Shown: positions 28,855 to 38,841, numbered from the stretch's first letter. The stretch: DNA of 64,000 nucleotides from Nitrospirota bacterium (GCA_963740085.1 CAVUCU010000004.1:288001-352000), one strand, 5' to 3'. The notes: generated from the letters alone by a model not told the origin. Numbers and translations are program-made.

Positions 28855-30211
28855 TGTCAACCCAAAATAGAAATGTCCTACTCTTGCCAAGATAGAAATG
28901 TCCGCTTTTAGGAAGCAATGGGAAGTTGTACGTTTGCTCTCCGGAGTCTCTTCCATGGATGATCTGGTGGTTGATACCGACTTGTTGGTTTCTTATTGGC
29001 TGCCGGTGCTTTAGGGTTTTCTTTTGCTGGCCGTGTTTTGATCTCCCGGTATGTTAATTCCAAACCCCTGTGAGTGATATGCAGAGATCCATCGAGCCGT
29101 TCTTCGACCGCGACCTTTTGGGTTTTTACGGCATCCTTAATCTGGTAGAGTTTGCCATTATAAGCAATGGTAAAATCGTTCCGTAGCGTACGATCCTCTC
29201 GAATGCAGAAAATCTTGTCGAGTTCCCGTATAGACAGCGCCCTTTGGTGTACATCGACTTCAGAAACGGGCTTTACCTTGAATTTCGCATTGTATATTGG
29301 AAGATATTTTATCAGGAATTCATTTGCCTGCGCGACACTGTTAACTCTGGCAAGCCTCATCTCTTTAACCAGCCGATCCTGGAGCGTGCGAAAACTTCTT
29401 TCTATCCTGCCTTTTGCTTGAGGTGAATTAGCGTGGATGACCGTTACCCCGAGTTCGGTTAGACTCCGTTCAAACTGGCTCATGGGTTTTTTATCTTCCA
29501 ACTCATCCTCGATGCTCTGCTTGGCATTGGATTTATACGTTGAGTGCTTATCCAAATAAACGCTCTGTGGAATGCCGTAGCGCTTAATATACCGCTTGAA
29601 ACTGTCCATAGCTGGCATGGTCCCCTCATAGTCATAAAAGCGCCCATTCACCTTTCCTGTGGCATCATCGATATATCCCATTAATACGCACTCAGGGCCT
29701 CGGCCTTCGAACCAGTCATGATGGGAGCCATCCATCTGGATCATTTCACCGAAATGGTGCTTTCTCTCGCGCCACTGCCGGTGCTTTCGTCCTTTCCGCT
29801 TCTCATAGGGGATGCTTTCCTGATTAAGCCATAGACGAAGGGTCTCGTCGCTTAGCTTGATTTCATGAACATCACGAAGCTTCTCGCAGGCAAAGGTGGG
29901 GCCAAAGTCGCCATACTGCTTCCGATACAGCTTAAGCACTTTGTCTTTGAGGCTCTGGGGGAGGCGACGATTCGAGGCTTTGCCGCGGGAACGGTGGCTG
30001 ATGCCATCGTCGCCCTCCTTCCTTACTCGCTTAATTATCCGCCGAATCTGCCTGCTGCTCAAGCCTACAAGTTCTGCAGCCGCCTTCTGCGTGATCCTTT
30101 TATCCAACGCCTGGTGGAGTCACAATACCCTCCGATTACGTCAGGGTATTGTAACTTAGAATAGGACATTTCTACTTTGGCAGAATAGGACATTATCATT
30201 TTGGGAGTACA
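28855..30211 (-). mobile_element. ISNCY / IS1202-like insertion sequence
   Basis: Ends TGT…ACA; IRs tgtcaacccaaaatagaaatgtcc / tgtactcccaaaatgataatgtcc, each with repeated tagaaatgtcc sites; no target duplication seen. Confidence 0.85.
28908..30107 (-). CDS. DDE (rve) transposase, ISNCY/IS1202 group, apparently 5'-truncated
   Basis: HTH; QMDGSHHDWFE, IDDATG, YLDKHS, SPQAKGRIERSFRTLQDRL. Confidence 0.92.
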   Translation of the reverse strand: MDKRITQKAAAELVGLSSRQIRRIIKRVRKEGDDGISHRSRGKASNRRLPQSLKDKVLKLYRKQYGDFGPTFACEKLRDVHEIKLSDETLRLWLNQESIPYEKRKGRKHRQWRERKHHFGEMIQMDGSHHDWFEGRGPECVLMGYIDDATGKVNGRFYDYEGTMPAMDSFKRYIKRYGIPQSVYLDKHSTYKSNAKQSIEDELEDKKPMSQFERSLTELGVTVIHANSPQAKGRIERSFRTLQDRLVKEMRLARVNSVAQANEFLIKYLPIYNAKFKVKPVSEVDVHQRALSIRELDKIFCIREDRTLRNDFTIAYNGKLYQIKDAVKTQKVAVEERLDGSLHITHRGLELTYREIKTRPAKENPKAPAANKKPTSRYQPPDHPWKRLRRANVQLPIAS

Positions 30212-30324
30212 TGATAGCGATGGAGTATGGAGTATAGCGATGCAGTAATTTAAAGGCGGTGAGTGAGAAGTAACAATTCTATGGATTGTGGTTGGAAATT
30301 AATGTGTTCATTGAACGTCCTATG

Positions 30325-30753
30325 TTAGTACCTTTTAGCTTTAAGAGAATTGATTAAATCCAATATATTTGTCATGATTTCATCCCGTGCTTTCCTGAAT
30401 GCTCCCAGGATCTCCTCTTCAGCACCTTTGGCTTGAACGGGGTCATCAATTGGCCACTGGATGCGTGCTATATGAGGAGGAGTAGTTGGACAAGATGCTT
30501 CTCCGTTTCCACAAAGTGTGATAATCATGTTCATCAAGTTTAAAATGTCATTGTCAATGTCCTTGGATTTTTGACCTGAAATATCTATTCCCAACTCATT
30601 CATGACACGAATCGCGTTTGGATGCACAATCCCTGCAGGCAGACTGCCTGCACTGAATGGAAATAAGACATCTTTGCCGAGCTTCTTGGCAAAGCCTTCC
30701 GCCATTTGGCTTCTAGAGGTGTTGCCAGTGCAGAGAAACATTATTTTAATCAT
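30325..30753 (-). CDS. arsC: Arsenate reductase, LMW-PTP (thioredoxin) type
   Basis: CTGNTSRSQMAEG, ITLC, SCP, WPIDDP. Confidence 0.88.
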   Translation of the reverse strand: MIKIMFLCTGNTSRSQMAEGFAKKLGKDVLFPFSAGSLPAGIVHPNAIRVMNELGIDISGQKSKDIDNDILNLMNMIITLCGNGEASCPTTPPHIARIQWPIDDPVQAKGAEEEILGAFRKARDEIMTNILDLINSLKAKRY

Positions 30754-30779
30754 GAGCTGTGGTTGCTTTCCAGTTTAAT

Positions 30780-30959
30780 TTATTTGCAGTCTGCACGCCA
30801 CAGGCAATTCATTTGACCGCATGTTTGAGCAGAGAAGGTTGCAAAACATGCGTTGCTCCCTTCTGCTGTTTGAATAGCCCTAACGAGGTCTTGTTTATTC
30901 ATTTTCCCAGCCTTAACACCTTTTTGTTTTGCAATTTCCTTTATGTCCTGAACTCTCAT
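30780..30959 (-). CDS. 59-aa SAP/Rho-N-like Cys-rich protein (missed by ORF track)
   Basis: MRVQDIKEIAKQKGVKAGKMNKQDLVRAIQTAEGSNACFAT…CGQMNCLWRADCK; RBS ggagg. Confidence 0.8.
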   Translation of the reverse strand: MRVQDIKEIAKQKGVKAGKMNKQDLVRAIQTAEGSNACFATFSAQTCGQMNCLWRADCK

Positions 30960-31079
30960 GCCCTAACCTCCAAACTGAGTCATAATTGATAAAATAGATA
31001 TTATTAGCCAAGCTGTACAGCATGAATGCATGTTACTCGTGTTGAGAAAACAAAATACGGCATGTCGACTCATAGGTCA

Positions 31080-31236
31080 AGTTAAGATTGTGTTACATGC
31101 GGGGTATTTATAGAGAAGAGAAGAAAGTAACAGTGCTATGGATTTCTTTGAGTGGCTGCCGCGCGGGCAATTCCATCCGGTATTCGGAACGTCGTCGTCA
31201 ATCCAAATGTTACATTTCTGTTAAATCTTTTTACAC
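31080..31236 (-). promoter_or_regulatory. PHO-box-like repeats in the divergent arsC / phoB intergenic region
   Basis: tgttaca/agttaag (31080-31097) and tgttaca/tgttaaa (31208-31225) at 11-bp period, minus orientation. Confidence 0.55.
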
Positions 31237-31276
31237 CCCTTGAATTATTGTGAAGATAAATGTTATAAGTACGCTT

Positions 31277-31972
31277 ATGAATAATAAAATATTAATTGTC
31301 GATGATGAACCAGATATCGTTGAGCTTGTATCCTATAATCTAAAAAAAGACGGATTCAGGGTTACGACAGCTTCAGACGGCGAAGAGGCACTCAAGAAAA
31401 TCAGGAAAGACAAGTTTGATCTGGTAGTTCTTGACCTTATGCTTCCCGGTCTCCAGGGCGTGGAACTTTGCCGTATCATCAGGAATGATCCAAAGACGGC
31501 TAATACTCCCATTATCATGCTTACCGCGAAAGGGGAGGAAGTGGACAGGGTAATCGGCCTGGAAAGCGGCGCCGATGATTATATGACAAAACCGTTCGGT
31601 TCGAGAGAACTCATCGCGCGCATCAAAGCAGTTTTAAGAAGAACGGGAGAAAAAATCACAAAGGAAAAGACCATCCATATCGGCAAACTGTCCATCAATC
31701 TGGAAACCCACGGCGTTACAAAAGGCAAAGTTCCTCTGGAACTCAGCGCAACTGAATTTAACCTGCTTGTATATCTTGTCGAAAGAAAAGGAAAGGTATT
31801 TAGTCGAGAACAGCTTGTTGACGCAGTGTGGAAGGGAGAGGCTTTTATCGAGCCGAGGACCGTTGATGTCCATATCCGAAGACTGAGGACCCAGATCGAA
31901 GATAATTCATCCGATCCGACATACATAAAAACCCGTAGAGGTGTGGGGTATTATGTGGATACGGATTTATGA
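31277..31972 (+). CDS. phoB: PhoB/PhoP-type OmpR-family response regulator
   Basis: IVDDE, LDLMLPG, MLTAKGEEVDRVIGLESGADDY, RTVDVHIRRLR; next to phoR. Confidence 0.9.
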   Translation: MNNKILIVDDEPDIVELVSYNLKKDGFRVTTASDGEEALKKIRKDKFDLVVLDLMLPGLQGVELCRIIRNDPKTANTPIIMLTAKGEEVDRVIGLESGADDYMTKPFGSRELIARIKAVLRRTGEKITKEKTIHIGKLSINLETHGVTKGKVPLELSATEFNLLVYLVERKGKVFSREQLVDAVWKGEAFIEPRTVDVHIRRLRTQIEDNSSDPTYIKTRRGVGYYVDTDL

Positions 31973-33708
31973 AACGGCGAATCTTCGGTCGGATATTTTT
32001 GCTGTATGCGATCACTATTCTTGCCTCGATCGTGTTTATCGAATTCTTTATAACTAATGCCGTGAGAAGCAGTCATATTCATGATCTACGGGATCACCTC
32101 CTTTCTCAGGCAACGCTCATTTCCAATGACATCTCTTTTAAAGCCCAACCCCCTCTCGACAACATTTGCCGGCAGTTCAAGGAGCAAACCGGTTTCCGCG
32201 TGACGATAATCGCTCTCGATGGACTGGTTCTCGGGGATTCAGACTCGGATTCATCCCGCATGGATAATCACGCGGGTCGTCCCGAAGTTCAACAGTCTTT
32301 TCTGTATGGCACCGGCATGTCAGAACGACACAGCAAAACGCTGAATGAAGACTTGCTTTATGTCGCGAAAAAGGTCACGCGTGCCGGCCTGCCCATTGGT
32401 ATTGTCCGGCTCAGCATGCAGCTTACACAAGTAAATGCCTCGATCAACTCCCTGAGATTCAAGATTATCGGCGTAGTCATTGCGATCCTGATTGCCACGG
32501 GCTTGTTCTCGGTGGGACAGTTGGAGCGTATCAGGAGACTGACAAAGCAGATCGGAGACTTTTCGCGATCTCTCGCGGGCGGCGCAATCGGGAACAAGCT
32601 GTATTTTGACCGCGCCGGAGAGTTTGACGAAATAGCCATAAGCCTGAATACAATGTCGGAGGAACTGCAAAACAGTATTGCTGCGAACGAAGAGGAAAGA
32701 AAGAGACTGAACGTAATACTTCGGAGCATTCCCGATGTTCTTATGATACTCGAATCCAATGGTACTATCCAGCTTGCAAGCTCCGCTTCACGGCAGTATT
32801 TCGGAGAAGTCCCCTTGAAGGGAAGACAGGTTTTCGAGGTGATTCGAAATCCATTATTCCTGTCACTTATGGAAGAGGCTCGCAAGAATCTTATGCCCAG
32901 CGTCGGCGAATTGCGACTTGATAATCCGGAGGAAAGATATTTTTCCGCGATGGTTTCACCGCTTTCCTATAAGGAAGGGGAGTTATCCGGTTTTGTCGTC
33001 ATATTGCATGACATCACGCAGTTGAAAAAACTGGAGCAGACTCGAAAGGATTTTGTTGCGAACATATCTCACGAGATCAAGACGCCGATCACGGCCATCA
33101 AAGGTTTTGCCGATGCCCTGCTTGAAGGGGCGTTGCATGACGCAGACCATGCCGATAAATTTTTGAAGATCATCAGGTCGAACAGTGAACGGATCAACAG
33201 TCTTGTGGACGATCTTATGACGATCTCCAAAATAGAACTCGGTGTTGTCAGGATTGAGAAATCTCCGGTGGATGTCAAGGATGCTGTTGAACATGTCCTG
33301 GCTTTGCTGCGGTCAAAAGCAGCGGAAAAGAAGCTGTTCCTGAAAATGGATTTTCCCGCAGAACCTATAACTGTAATGGCTGACCGTGACAAGCTTATGC
33401 AAGTGTTTACGAACCTAGTGGACAATGCATTAAAATTCACCGAAACCGGCGGAGTGATGATCGGCGCACGGAGAGAAAACGATAAAACTTATCTGTACAT
33501 TGAAGACACAGGCATCGGAATTCCGGAGAAACACCTTTCGCGCATCGGAGAGAGATTTTACCGCGTGGACACCGCCAGATCGAGGAAGATGGGCGGCACC
33601 GGGCTGGGTCTTGCGATTGTCAAGCACCTGGTAAAGGCCCATGGCTGGGAGATGCAGATCGAGAGCAGGGAGGAAAAGGGCACAAAGGTGAAAGTGTATG
33701 TGGTTTAA
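31969..33708 (+). CDS. phoR: Phosphate-regulon sensor histidine kinase (HAMP, PAS, HisKA, HATPase)
   Basis: MDNHAGRPEV, RKDFVANISHEIKTP, ERFYRVDTARSRKMGGTGLGL. Confidence 0.9.
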   Translation: MKRRIFGRIFLLYAITILASIVFIEFFITNAVRSSHIHDLRDHLLSQATLISNDISFKAQPPLDNICRQFKEQTGFRVTIIALDGLVLGDSDSDSSRMDNHAGRPEVQQSFLYGTGMSERHSKTLNEDLLYVAKKVTRAGLPIGIVRLSMQLTQVNASINSLRFKIIGVVIAILIATGLFSVGQLERIRRLTKQIGDFSRSLAGGAIGNKLYFDRAGEFDEIAISLNTMSEELQNSIAANEEERKRLNVILRSIPDVLMILESNGTIQLASSASRQYFGEVPLKGRQVFEVIRNPLFLSLMEEARKNLMPSVGELRLDNPEERYFSAMVSPLSYKEGELSGFVVILHDITQLKKLEQTRKDFVANISHEIKTPITAIKGFADALLEGALHDADHADKFLKIIRSNSERINSLVDDLMTISKIELGVVRIEKSPVDVKDAVEHVLALLRSKAAEKKLFLKMDFPAEPITVMADRDKLMQVFTNLVDNALKFTETGGVMIGARRENDKTYLYIEDTGIGIPEKHLSRIGERFYRVDTARSRKMGGTGLGLAIVKHLVKAHGWEMQIESREEKGTKVKVYVV

Positions 33709-33795
33709 TGCCATTCACCGAGACACCGGCGCAATACCTTAGGGGCGTTCCGAGTTTTCTGGGAGTACTGAAATTTCTGCAAAAGGAAGGTAACA

Positions 33796-34512
33796 ATGAA
33801 AATCGGGGTACTCGGCGATGTTCACGGAAATATCGAAGCTCTTAAAGCCGCCTACAATTCGGCAGTTACCATGAAAGTCGACAAGCTTTATCATCTCGGT
33901 GATCTTGGCGGTTACGCGCCGTTCGTGAACGAAGTTGTGGATTTTATGATCGATCACGGCATCGAAGGTGTCCAGGGAAATTACGATGAGGCAGTGGCAA
34001 ATGACCGGGAGCACTGTGGTTGCAAGGCTGAGGAGCCTTTGCAGGAGGAGATGGCTCACCTGTCCTTTGTCTGGACAAAGGAGCACGTGTCTCCTGAGAG
34101 CAAGGCATACCTGAAGAACCTTCCTGCAGAAATAGAATTCACTGCTGAAGGCAAAAAGGTCTGGCTTTTTCATGCTACACCGAAAAAGAACAATCTCTAT
34201 TGGTTTGAAGACCGGCCGGAGAAGTTCTTCCGGGAAATGGCCGAAAAAGGTGAGGCTAGTATCATGATATACGGTCATATCCACAAACCATATCGGAAGG
34301 ACATCAATGGAAATATCTTCATCAACGCCGGCAGTGTGGGCAAGCCCAAGGACGGCGATCCGCGAGCCTGTGTAACGATCGTAGAGATAACGCCTGCGGC
34401 GGTGAGGACTGAGTTTATCCGTATACCCTATGATCTGGAAAAGGTTGCAGCCGCCATCAGTGCTAGCGGATTGCCTGAGTATTATGCAGAAAAGCTGAGG
34501 CGCGGTGCGTGA
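33796..34512 (+). CDS. Metallophosphoesterase (calcineurin-like, YfcE type)
   Basis: GDVHGN, HLGDLGGY, GNYD, HCGC, GHIH, NAGSVGKPKDGDPRA. Confidence 0.9.
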   Translation: MKIGVLGDVHGNIEALKAAYNSAVTMKVDKLYHLGDLGGYAPFVNEVVDFMIDHGIEGVQGNYDEAVANDREHCGCKAEEPLQEEMAHLSFVWTKEHVSPESKAYLKNLPAEIEFTAEGKKVWLFHATPKKNNLYWFEDRPEKFFREMAEKGEASIMIYGHIHKPYRKDINGNIFINAGSVGKPKDGDPRACVTIVEITPAAVRTEFIRIPYDLEKVAAAISASGLPEYYAEKLRRGA

Positions 34513-34558
34513 TGGGCTGAGCAAATGAAGTGGTGAGGAGCCAATAGGGGAGAAAAAT

Positions 34559-34987
34559 ATGGGAAAGGCAAAAGTGTTGTTTGTATGTGTTCACAACAGC
34601 GCCCGCAGTCAGATGGCAGAGACGTTTCTTAACTCTTTGGGCGGTGATAAATTCGTTGCAGAAAGTGCAGGATTGGCGCCGGGACCGTTGAACCCGGTTG
34701 TTGTTGAGGTCATGAAGGAGGTCGGGTTTGATATCTCAGGGAAGAAGACGCAAAGCGCCTTTGACTGCTTCAAGGCGGGCAAACGATATAACTACGTGAT
34801 AACGGTCTGTGATGAAACAAATGCCGAGCGATGCCCCATATTTCCTGGGCACGCGAAGAGGCTGCATTGGGGTTTTCCGGATCCCAGGGTGTTGGGAGGA
34901 AGCCATGAAGAAAAACTCAAGGGGATAAGAATAATCAGAGATCAAATAAGGGCCAAAATAGAGGGGTGGCTCTCGCAGGAACAATAA
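34559..34987 (+). CDS. arsC: Arsenate reductase, LMW-PTP type
   Basis: [31 protein letters not shown]. Confidence 0.9.
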   Translation: MGKAKVLFVCVHNSARSQMAETFLNSLGGDKFVAESAGLAPGPLNPVVVEVMKEVGFDISGKKTQSAFDCFKAGKRYNYVITVCDETNAERCPIFPGHAKRLHWGFPDPRVLGGSHEEKLKGIRIIRDQIRAKIEGWLSQEQ

Positions 34988-35006
34988 AAGAAACGAAGAG
35001 GGGGGG

Positions 35007-35200
35007 ATAACCATCGGTCTCATCCTCATGATGTACCCGCCACTTGCCAAGCTCAAGTATGAAGAACTCGGAGAGGTCTTTCGAAATAAAAAGTCCTTGC
35101 TCTGTCGCTCGTCCAGAACTGGATCATCGGTCCAATACTGAGGTTCGCTCTGGCGATCATATTCCTCCGGTCCTATCCCGAATACATGGTCGGCCTCATC
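35007..35200 (+). pseudogene. acr3: Internal fragment of Acr3 arsenite efflux transporter
   Basis: [27 protein letters not shown] /frameshift/ [16 protein letters not shown]…YPEYMVGLI; no start, no 3' part. Confidence 0.85.
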
Positions 35201-35202
35201 AA

Positions 35203-35257
35203 TTTCATACAAATTTAACCAGCTTGTAACAAGTATGTAATCCAGGCATGGTAGTAT
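35203..35257 (+). promoter_or_regulatory. Four-unit PHO-box promoter of psiE
   Basis: tttcata/tttaacc/tgtaaca/tgtaatc at 35203/14/25/36; -10 tagtat at 35252. Confidence 0.8.
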
Positions 35258-35323
35258 CCTTTCACGCACGGTGGCCTCAGTAAATTGCGCATCGTCTCCT
35301 CAGGTCACGAAAGGACCTTACCC

Positions 35324-35749
35324 ATGAAATACTTAACGAAGATCGTCGACACTATGATCAAATTTATGATTCCGATGGTGATCATTGCCCTTTTGATGGG
35401 GATCGCTCGGGTCATTCTTGACCTTCGAGCAGTGTTTGGGAGCCAGACGCTGGCGTCCGCTTTTGACATGATCGTAACGAATATTCTTTCCATGTTCATC
35501 GTAATCGAACTGCTCAGGAGCCTCCTGGAATATTTCACTGTGCATCGTCTCAAGATTACGTTTATAACCGATGCGGCGCTGGTCTTTGTTCTGCGCGAGA
35601 TCATGATCGGGCTTTATGAGCATAAGATGGAATCCGGAATGATCATGGCGCTCGCATCCCTTATCCTGGTGCTCGGCGGCATCCGGACTCTCGCCGTGGT
35701 ATTTTCGCCAGAAAAATGCACTGATACCGATGAACTTAGCCATGCGTAA
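35324..35749 (+). CDS. psiE: Phosphate-starvation-inducible PsiE family membrane protein
   Basis: Four TM; FIVIELLRSLLEYF, DAALVFVLREI. Confidence 0.85.
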   Translation: MKYLTKIVDTMIKFMIPMVIIALLMGIARVILDLRAVFGSQTLASAFDMIVTNILSMFIVIELLRSLLEYFTVHRLKITFITDAALVFVLREIMIGLYEHKMESGMIMALASLILVLGGIRTLAVVFSPEKCTDTDELSHA

Positions 35750-35846
35750 CAATATGCAAAAGCGGTTTCCGGAAGGATTCGAGGATATCCTGATCTTCGC
35801 CGTTTCCATGGCAGGACTTGTATTCATGGTTTTCTATTGGAAGTGA
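35742..35846 (+). CDS. Putative 34-aa single-TM peptide
   Basis: MRNNMQKRFPEGFEDILIFAVSMAGLVFMVFYWK; overlaps psiE stop and fills the gap to GH1. Confidence 0.4.
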   Translation: MRNNMQKRFPEGFEDILIFAVSMAGLVFMVFYWK

Positions 35847-35869
35847 CACGGGGCGACAAGAGCATCGAG

Positions 35870-37132
35870 ATGCAAGAGACAACGAAAAAATCGGCGTTCC
35901 CGGATGACTTTCAGTGGGGTGTCGCTACCTCCGCTTTTCAGCTTGAAGGTTCTCCGAATGCTGACTGGGCAACCTGGGACCCCGTGTTACGTGATATTCC
36001 ACAGATCACAAATCACTACGCCGTTTTCAGGGAGGACCTGAAACTTCTGAAGGAATTAGGCGTAAATTCCTATCGCTTCTCCATCGAATGGAGCAGAATC
36101 CAGCCTCGGCTGGACACGTGGGATGAAGAGGTCATCGCACATTATCAGGAAATCATCGATATTCTGCGAAGCTATAACATCGAGCCTATGGTCACTCTCC
36201 ATCATTTCACTCATCCGCGCTGGTTTATTGAACGATTTCCTTGGCATCGCAGCGAGTCGATCGAAAAATTCCTGCGCTATGCGGAGAAGATGGTCTCGAC
36301 GCTCAAGAACGTACGATACTGGATAACGTTCAATGAACCTTATGTCATCCTGATCGGCGGGTACCTCGACGGTTGCATGCCGCCGGGTCTGCGCGACGTA
36401 CCCCGTTCCCTCGTTGCCCTGAAGAACATTTTTACCTGCCACGGCAAGGCCTATGACATCATCCATCGATATGTCCCCGATGCGCAGGTCAGCGTCGCGC
36501 ATAATATGTCCGTGTTCGCTCCCTGGAAAAAATGGAATCCCTTCGACCGACTGCTGAAGAAGTCGGCGAATCACTTTTACAATCACTCGATCATTAACGC
36601 GTTCCGAACCGGCATTTTCGTCGTCAAATTCCCTTTTACCAGCGCAGTGGAAATCGAAGTCCCGATAAAGGACAAACTCGACTTCTTCGGCCTGAATTAC
36701 TACACGCGCATTCACCTCCGGTTCAATCCCTTCAAAAAGATGGGAGTTGAGATTCGTTATTCAGATATTGACGGCCATGGCCTTACCAATCTCGGATGGG
36801 AGGTGCACCCGCGAGGTCTGGCAAAGGTCCTTCGCTATGCTTCGCGGCTCGGCGTCCCTCTCATCATCACCGAGAATGGCATTGCTACACACGATTCCGA
36901 GGAAAAAGTAAAGTACATGAAGCGACACGTGGATGTCGTAGAACGATGCCTGAAAGACGGGCTCGATGTCCGCGGTTATTATTACTGGACCCTTATCGAC
37001 AACTACGAATGGTTGCAGGGCCTCGACGCCCGGTTCGGTCTCTACCGGGTAGATTTCAAAACGCTCAAGCGGGCCCCGACGAGCGCCGCGACCTACTATG
37101 CCTACCTGATCCAGAGCCGGTCACGAATTTAA
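35870..37132 (+). CDS. Glycoside hydrolase family 1 (beta-glucosidase-like)
   Basis: FQWGVATSAFQLEG, YRFSIEWSRI, TFNEP, ITENG, DNYEW. Confidence 0.95.
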   Translation: MQETTKKSAFPDDFQWGVATSAFQLEGSPNADWATWDPVLRDIPQITNHYAVFREDLKLLKELGVNSYRFSIEWSRIQPRLDTWDEEVIAHYQEIIDILRSYNIEPMVTLHHFTHPRWFIERFPWHRSESIEKFLRYAEKMVSTLKNVRYWITFNEPYVILIGGYLDGCMPPGLRDVPRSLVALKNIFTCHGKAYDIIHRYVPDAQVSVAHNMSVFAPWKKWNPFDRLLKKSANHFYNHSIINAFRTGIFVVKFPFTSAVEIEVPIKDKLDFFGLNYYTRIHLRFNPFKKMGVEIRYSDIDGHGLTNLGWEVHPRGLAKVLRYASRLGVPLIITENGIATHDSEEKVKYMKRHVDVVERCLKDGLDVRGYYYWTLIDNYEWLQGLDARFGLYRVDFKTLKRAPTSAATYYAYLIQSRSRI

Positions 37133-37182
37133 TATAAAATTCATTTTCTCTTCATATTCCTGTAATACTAATCCTGTACTAT
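37128..37182 (+). promoter_or_regulatory. Four-unit PHO-box promoter
   Basis: tttaata/attcatt/cttcata/tgtaata at 37128/39/50/61; -10 tactat at 37177. Confidence 0.75.
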
Positions 37183-37257
37183 TGATCCATAACAGAGCAG
37201 TGACATTAAGAAGTAAGAAGAAAAATACCGGTTAAATACAATTAAGGAGGCATTCCC

Positions 37258-37488
37258 ATGCAAAATCAGACAGCAGCACTTAGTTTGCAACGGATATACG
37301 ACAAGGAAAACGAACCACACGTACGCGCTATTGATGGACTTGTGCACGAACTCGGGATTCCCGCAGAGGAAGTCAACAGGTCGTATCGGGAGGTCCTTGA
37401 GGAACTGAACAAGGAGATCAAGGTGAAAGCATTCCTTCCGATCCTTGTCAGCAGAGTCGTTAAAGACCGTTTATTGCAGCATCGGTAA
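37258..37488 (+). CDS. Small three-helix-bundle protein (DUF3562-like)
   Basis: RBS aaggagg; …EEVNRSY…IKVKAFLPILVSRVVKDRL. Confidence 0.75.
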   Translation: MQNQTAALSLQRIYDKENEPHVRAIDGLVHELGIPAEEVNRSYREVLEELNKEIKVKAFLPILVSRVVKDRLLQHR

Positions 37489-37604
37489 TACATCCTGTTC
37501 AACGGCGTCTTCAGGGGTTGCACGACTCCGGAATATTGTAAAACTTTTTTTAAAATGGGTGACGTTGACGCTTTTGCCCGGAATAAGGTGTGAGGTGATT
37601 GAGC

Positions 37605-37703
37605 ATGAATGAGAGTGTCCTGAAAGTAATTAAATACGGTCTCACAACAGCCGGGCTGCTCATCGGGATGCTGTTTCTTGTCCTTATCATTCGCGGGACA
37701 TAA
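37605..37703 (+). CDS. Putative 32-aa single-TM peptide
   Basis: MNESVLKVIKYGLTTAGLLIGMLFLVLIIRGT; RBS gaggtg. Confidence 0.5.
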   Translation: MNESVLKVIKYGLTTAGLLIGMLFLVLIIRGT

Positions 37704-37835
37704 ATAAGTTATTTTGCAGCTGTTCCCGATGTTATTGCAATATTAGCATGTGGAGGGCTGATATCAAAAAATAACCGGCAACCCGTGACAAATACTGTAT
37801 TGGATCACATTTATCCGGTCCGGAGCCAGCCAAGA

Positions 37836-37890
37836 TTTAATGAAATCGTAAAATTCTCGTCATAATCTTGTAACACGACTCGTATATGAT
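37836..37890 (+). promoter_or_regulatory. Four-unit PHO-box promoter
   Basis: tttaatg/cgtaaaa/cgtcata/tgtaaca at 37836/47/58/69; -10 tatgat at 37885. Confidence 0.75.
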
Positions 37891-37941
37891 TTGTTCTAAT
37901 CAAGTATAAGCAGATTATTCCCGGATTGAAAGGAGGTACTT

Positions 37942-38160
37942 ATGAGATTAAGTGACGTTGCATCTGGGCGCAATACAGTATGCGCAGAAGCACCTATGGC
38001 GACGTGCCCCTATGAAACAAGCGAAACAGGCAGCAGCAATTATTGTTCCGCCTCCATTATGACAGTTGTAACCAATAGTTTTCAGAAGATAAATTACTGC
38101 TGGACGGACAATTACGATAGCTGTCCGTTGTTCCTGTCGAAGGTTATGCGAAAGAAATGA
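37942..38160 (+). CDS. Small Cys-rich hypothetical protein
   Basis: RBS aggagg; CPY…YCSAS…YCWTDNYDSCPLF. Confidence 0.7.
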   Translation: MRLSDVASGRNTVCAEAPMATCPYETSETGSSNYCSASIMTVVTNSFQKINYCWTDNYDSCPLFLSKVMRKK

Positions 38161-38281
38161 CAGGTGGATTTACGCGAAATATACGGCTTAGGTTTACGGA
38201 TAATATCGTCGGCAGTCAGTATCCCCGTGGAAAGGGGAAGCAGGAGTTCACGTCCACAATAAATAACGCCAGGAGGTCCAA

Positions 38282-38485
38282 ATGTCTGATCAGAATGTAA
38301 GTCATGCCGTGTTGCATCTCAGTGAAAGAGAATCCGCCCAGCTTGCTCGTGCAGTTCAAATACTCATCCAGGAGCTTGGGTTCGATCAGGAAGAGGTGGA
38401 TCGCTCCTACAATGAAAGCCTGGCATATTTTATGAAAAATGATCGTTATGATCAGCGTTTAAGCGGCGATGCATGTTCCATGTGA
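38282..38485 (+). CDS. Small DUF3562-like paralogue with divergent C-terminus
   Basis: RBS aggagg; RAVQILIQELGFDQEEVDRSY aligns with RAIDGLVHELGIPAEEVNRSY of 37258. Confidence 0.6.
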   Translation: MSDQNVSHAVLHLSERESAQLARAVQILIQELGFDQEEVDRSYNESLAYFMKNDRYDQRLSGDACSM

Positions 38486-38672
38486 AGATGAGTATAACTG
38501 CATAATTTCGCGATGCATCACAAAGGGCACCTATTGCAAACGCTGAACGATGAGGTCCTTCATGCAAGATGACTTTAACTTCGTGGCACGTTGATATTGT
38601 TAAACCGTTATTGAGACTGTTTTGCGACCGCCCGCATTCCTCAATGTATGCCAGATCACGGGGCGGAAAACA

Positions 38673-38841
38673 ATTAATTGGAATATCACTTCCTCTTTAT
38701 ACTCCTGTAATGCCAACCTGTATCATCTACCCAATACCCGTTCGATCATCAGATTACTCCCGATGCCGAGCTGACAGGTTAAAACATTTAACAGAAATTT
38801 AACATTTCCGTAATACTGGTGACATATCCAGTATGTATAAT
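38673..38841 (+). promoter_or_regulatory. Tandem pair of four-unit PHO-box promoters
   Basis: Units 38673/84/95/706 with tatcat at 38721; units 38787/98/809/820 with tataat at 38836. Confidence 0.72.

Noticed and set aside
30212-30248. Short gatagcgatg/ggagtat repeats as IS target duplication
   Set aside because: Present only on the right flank; low complexity.
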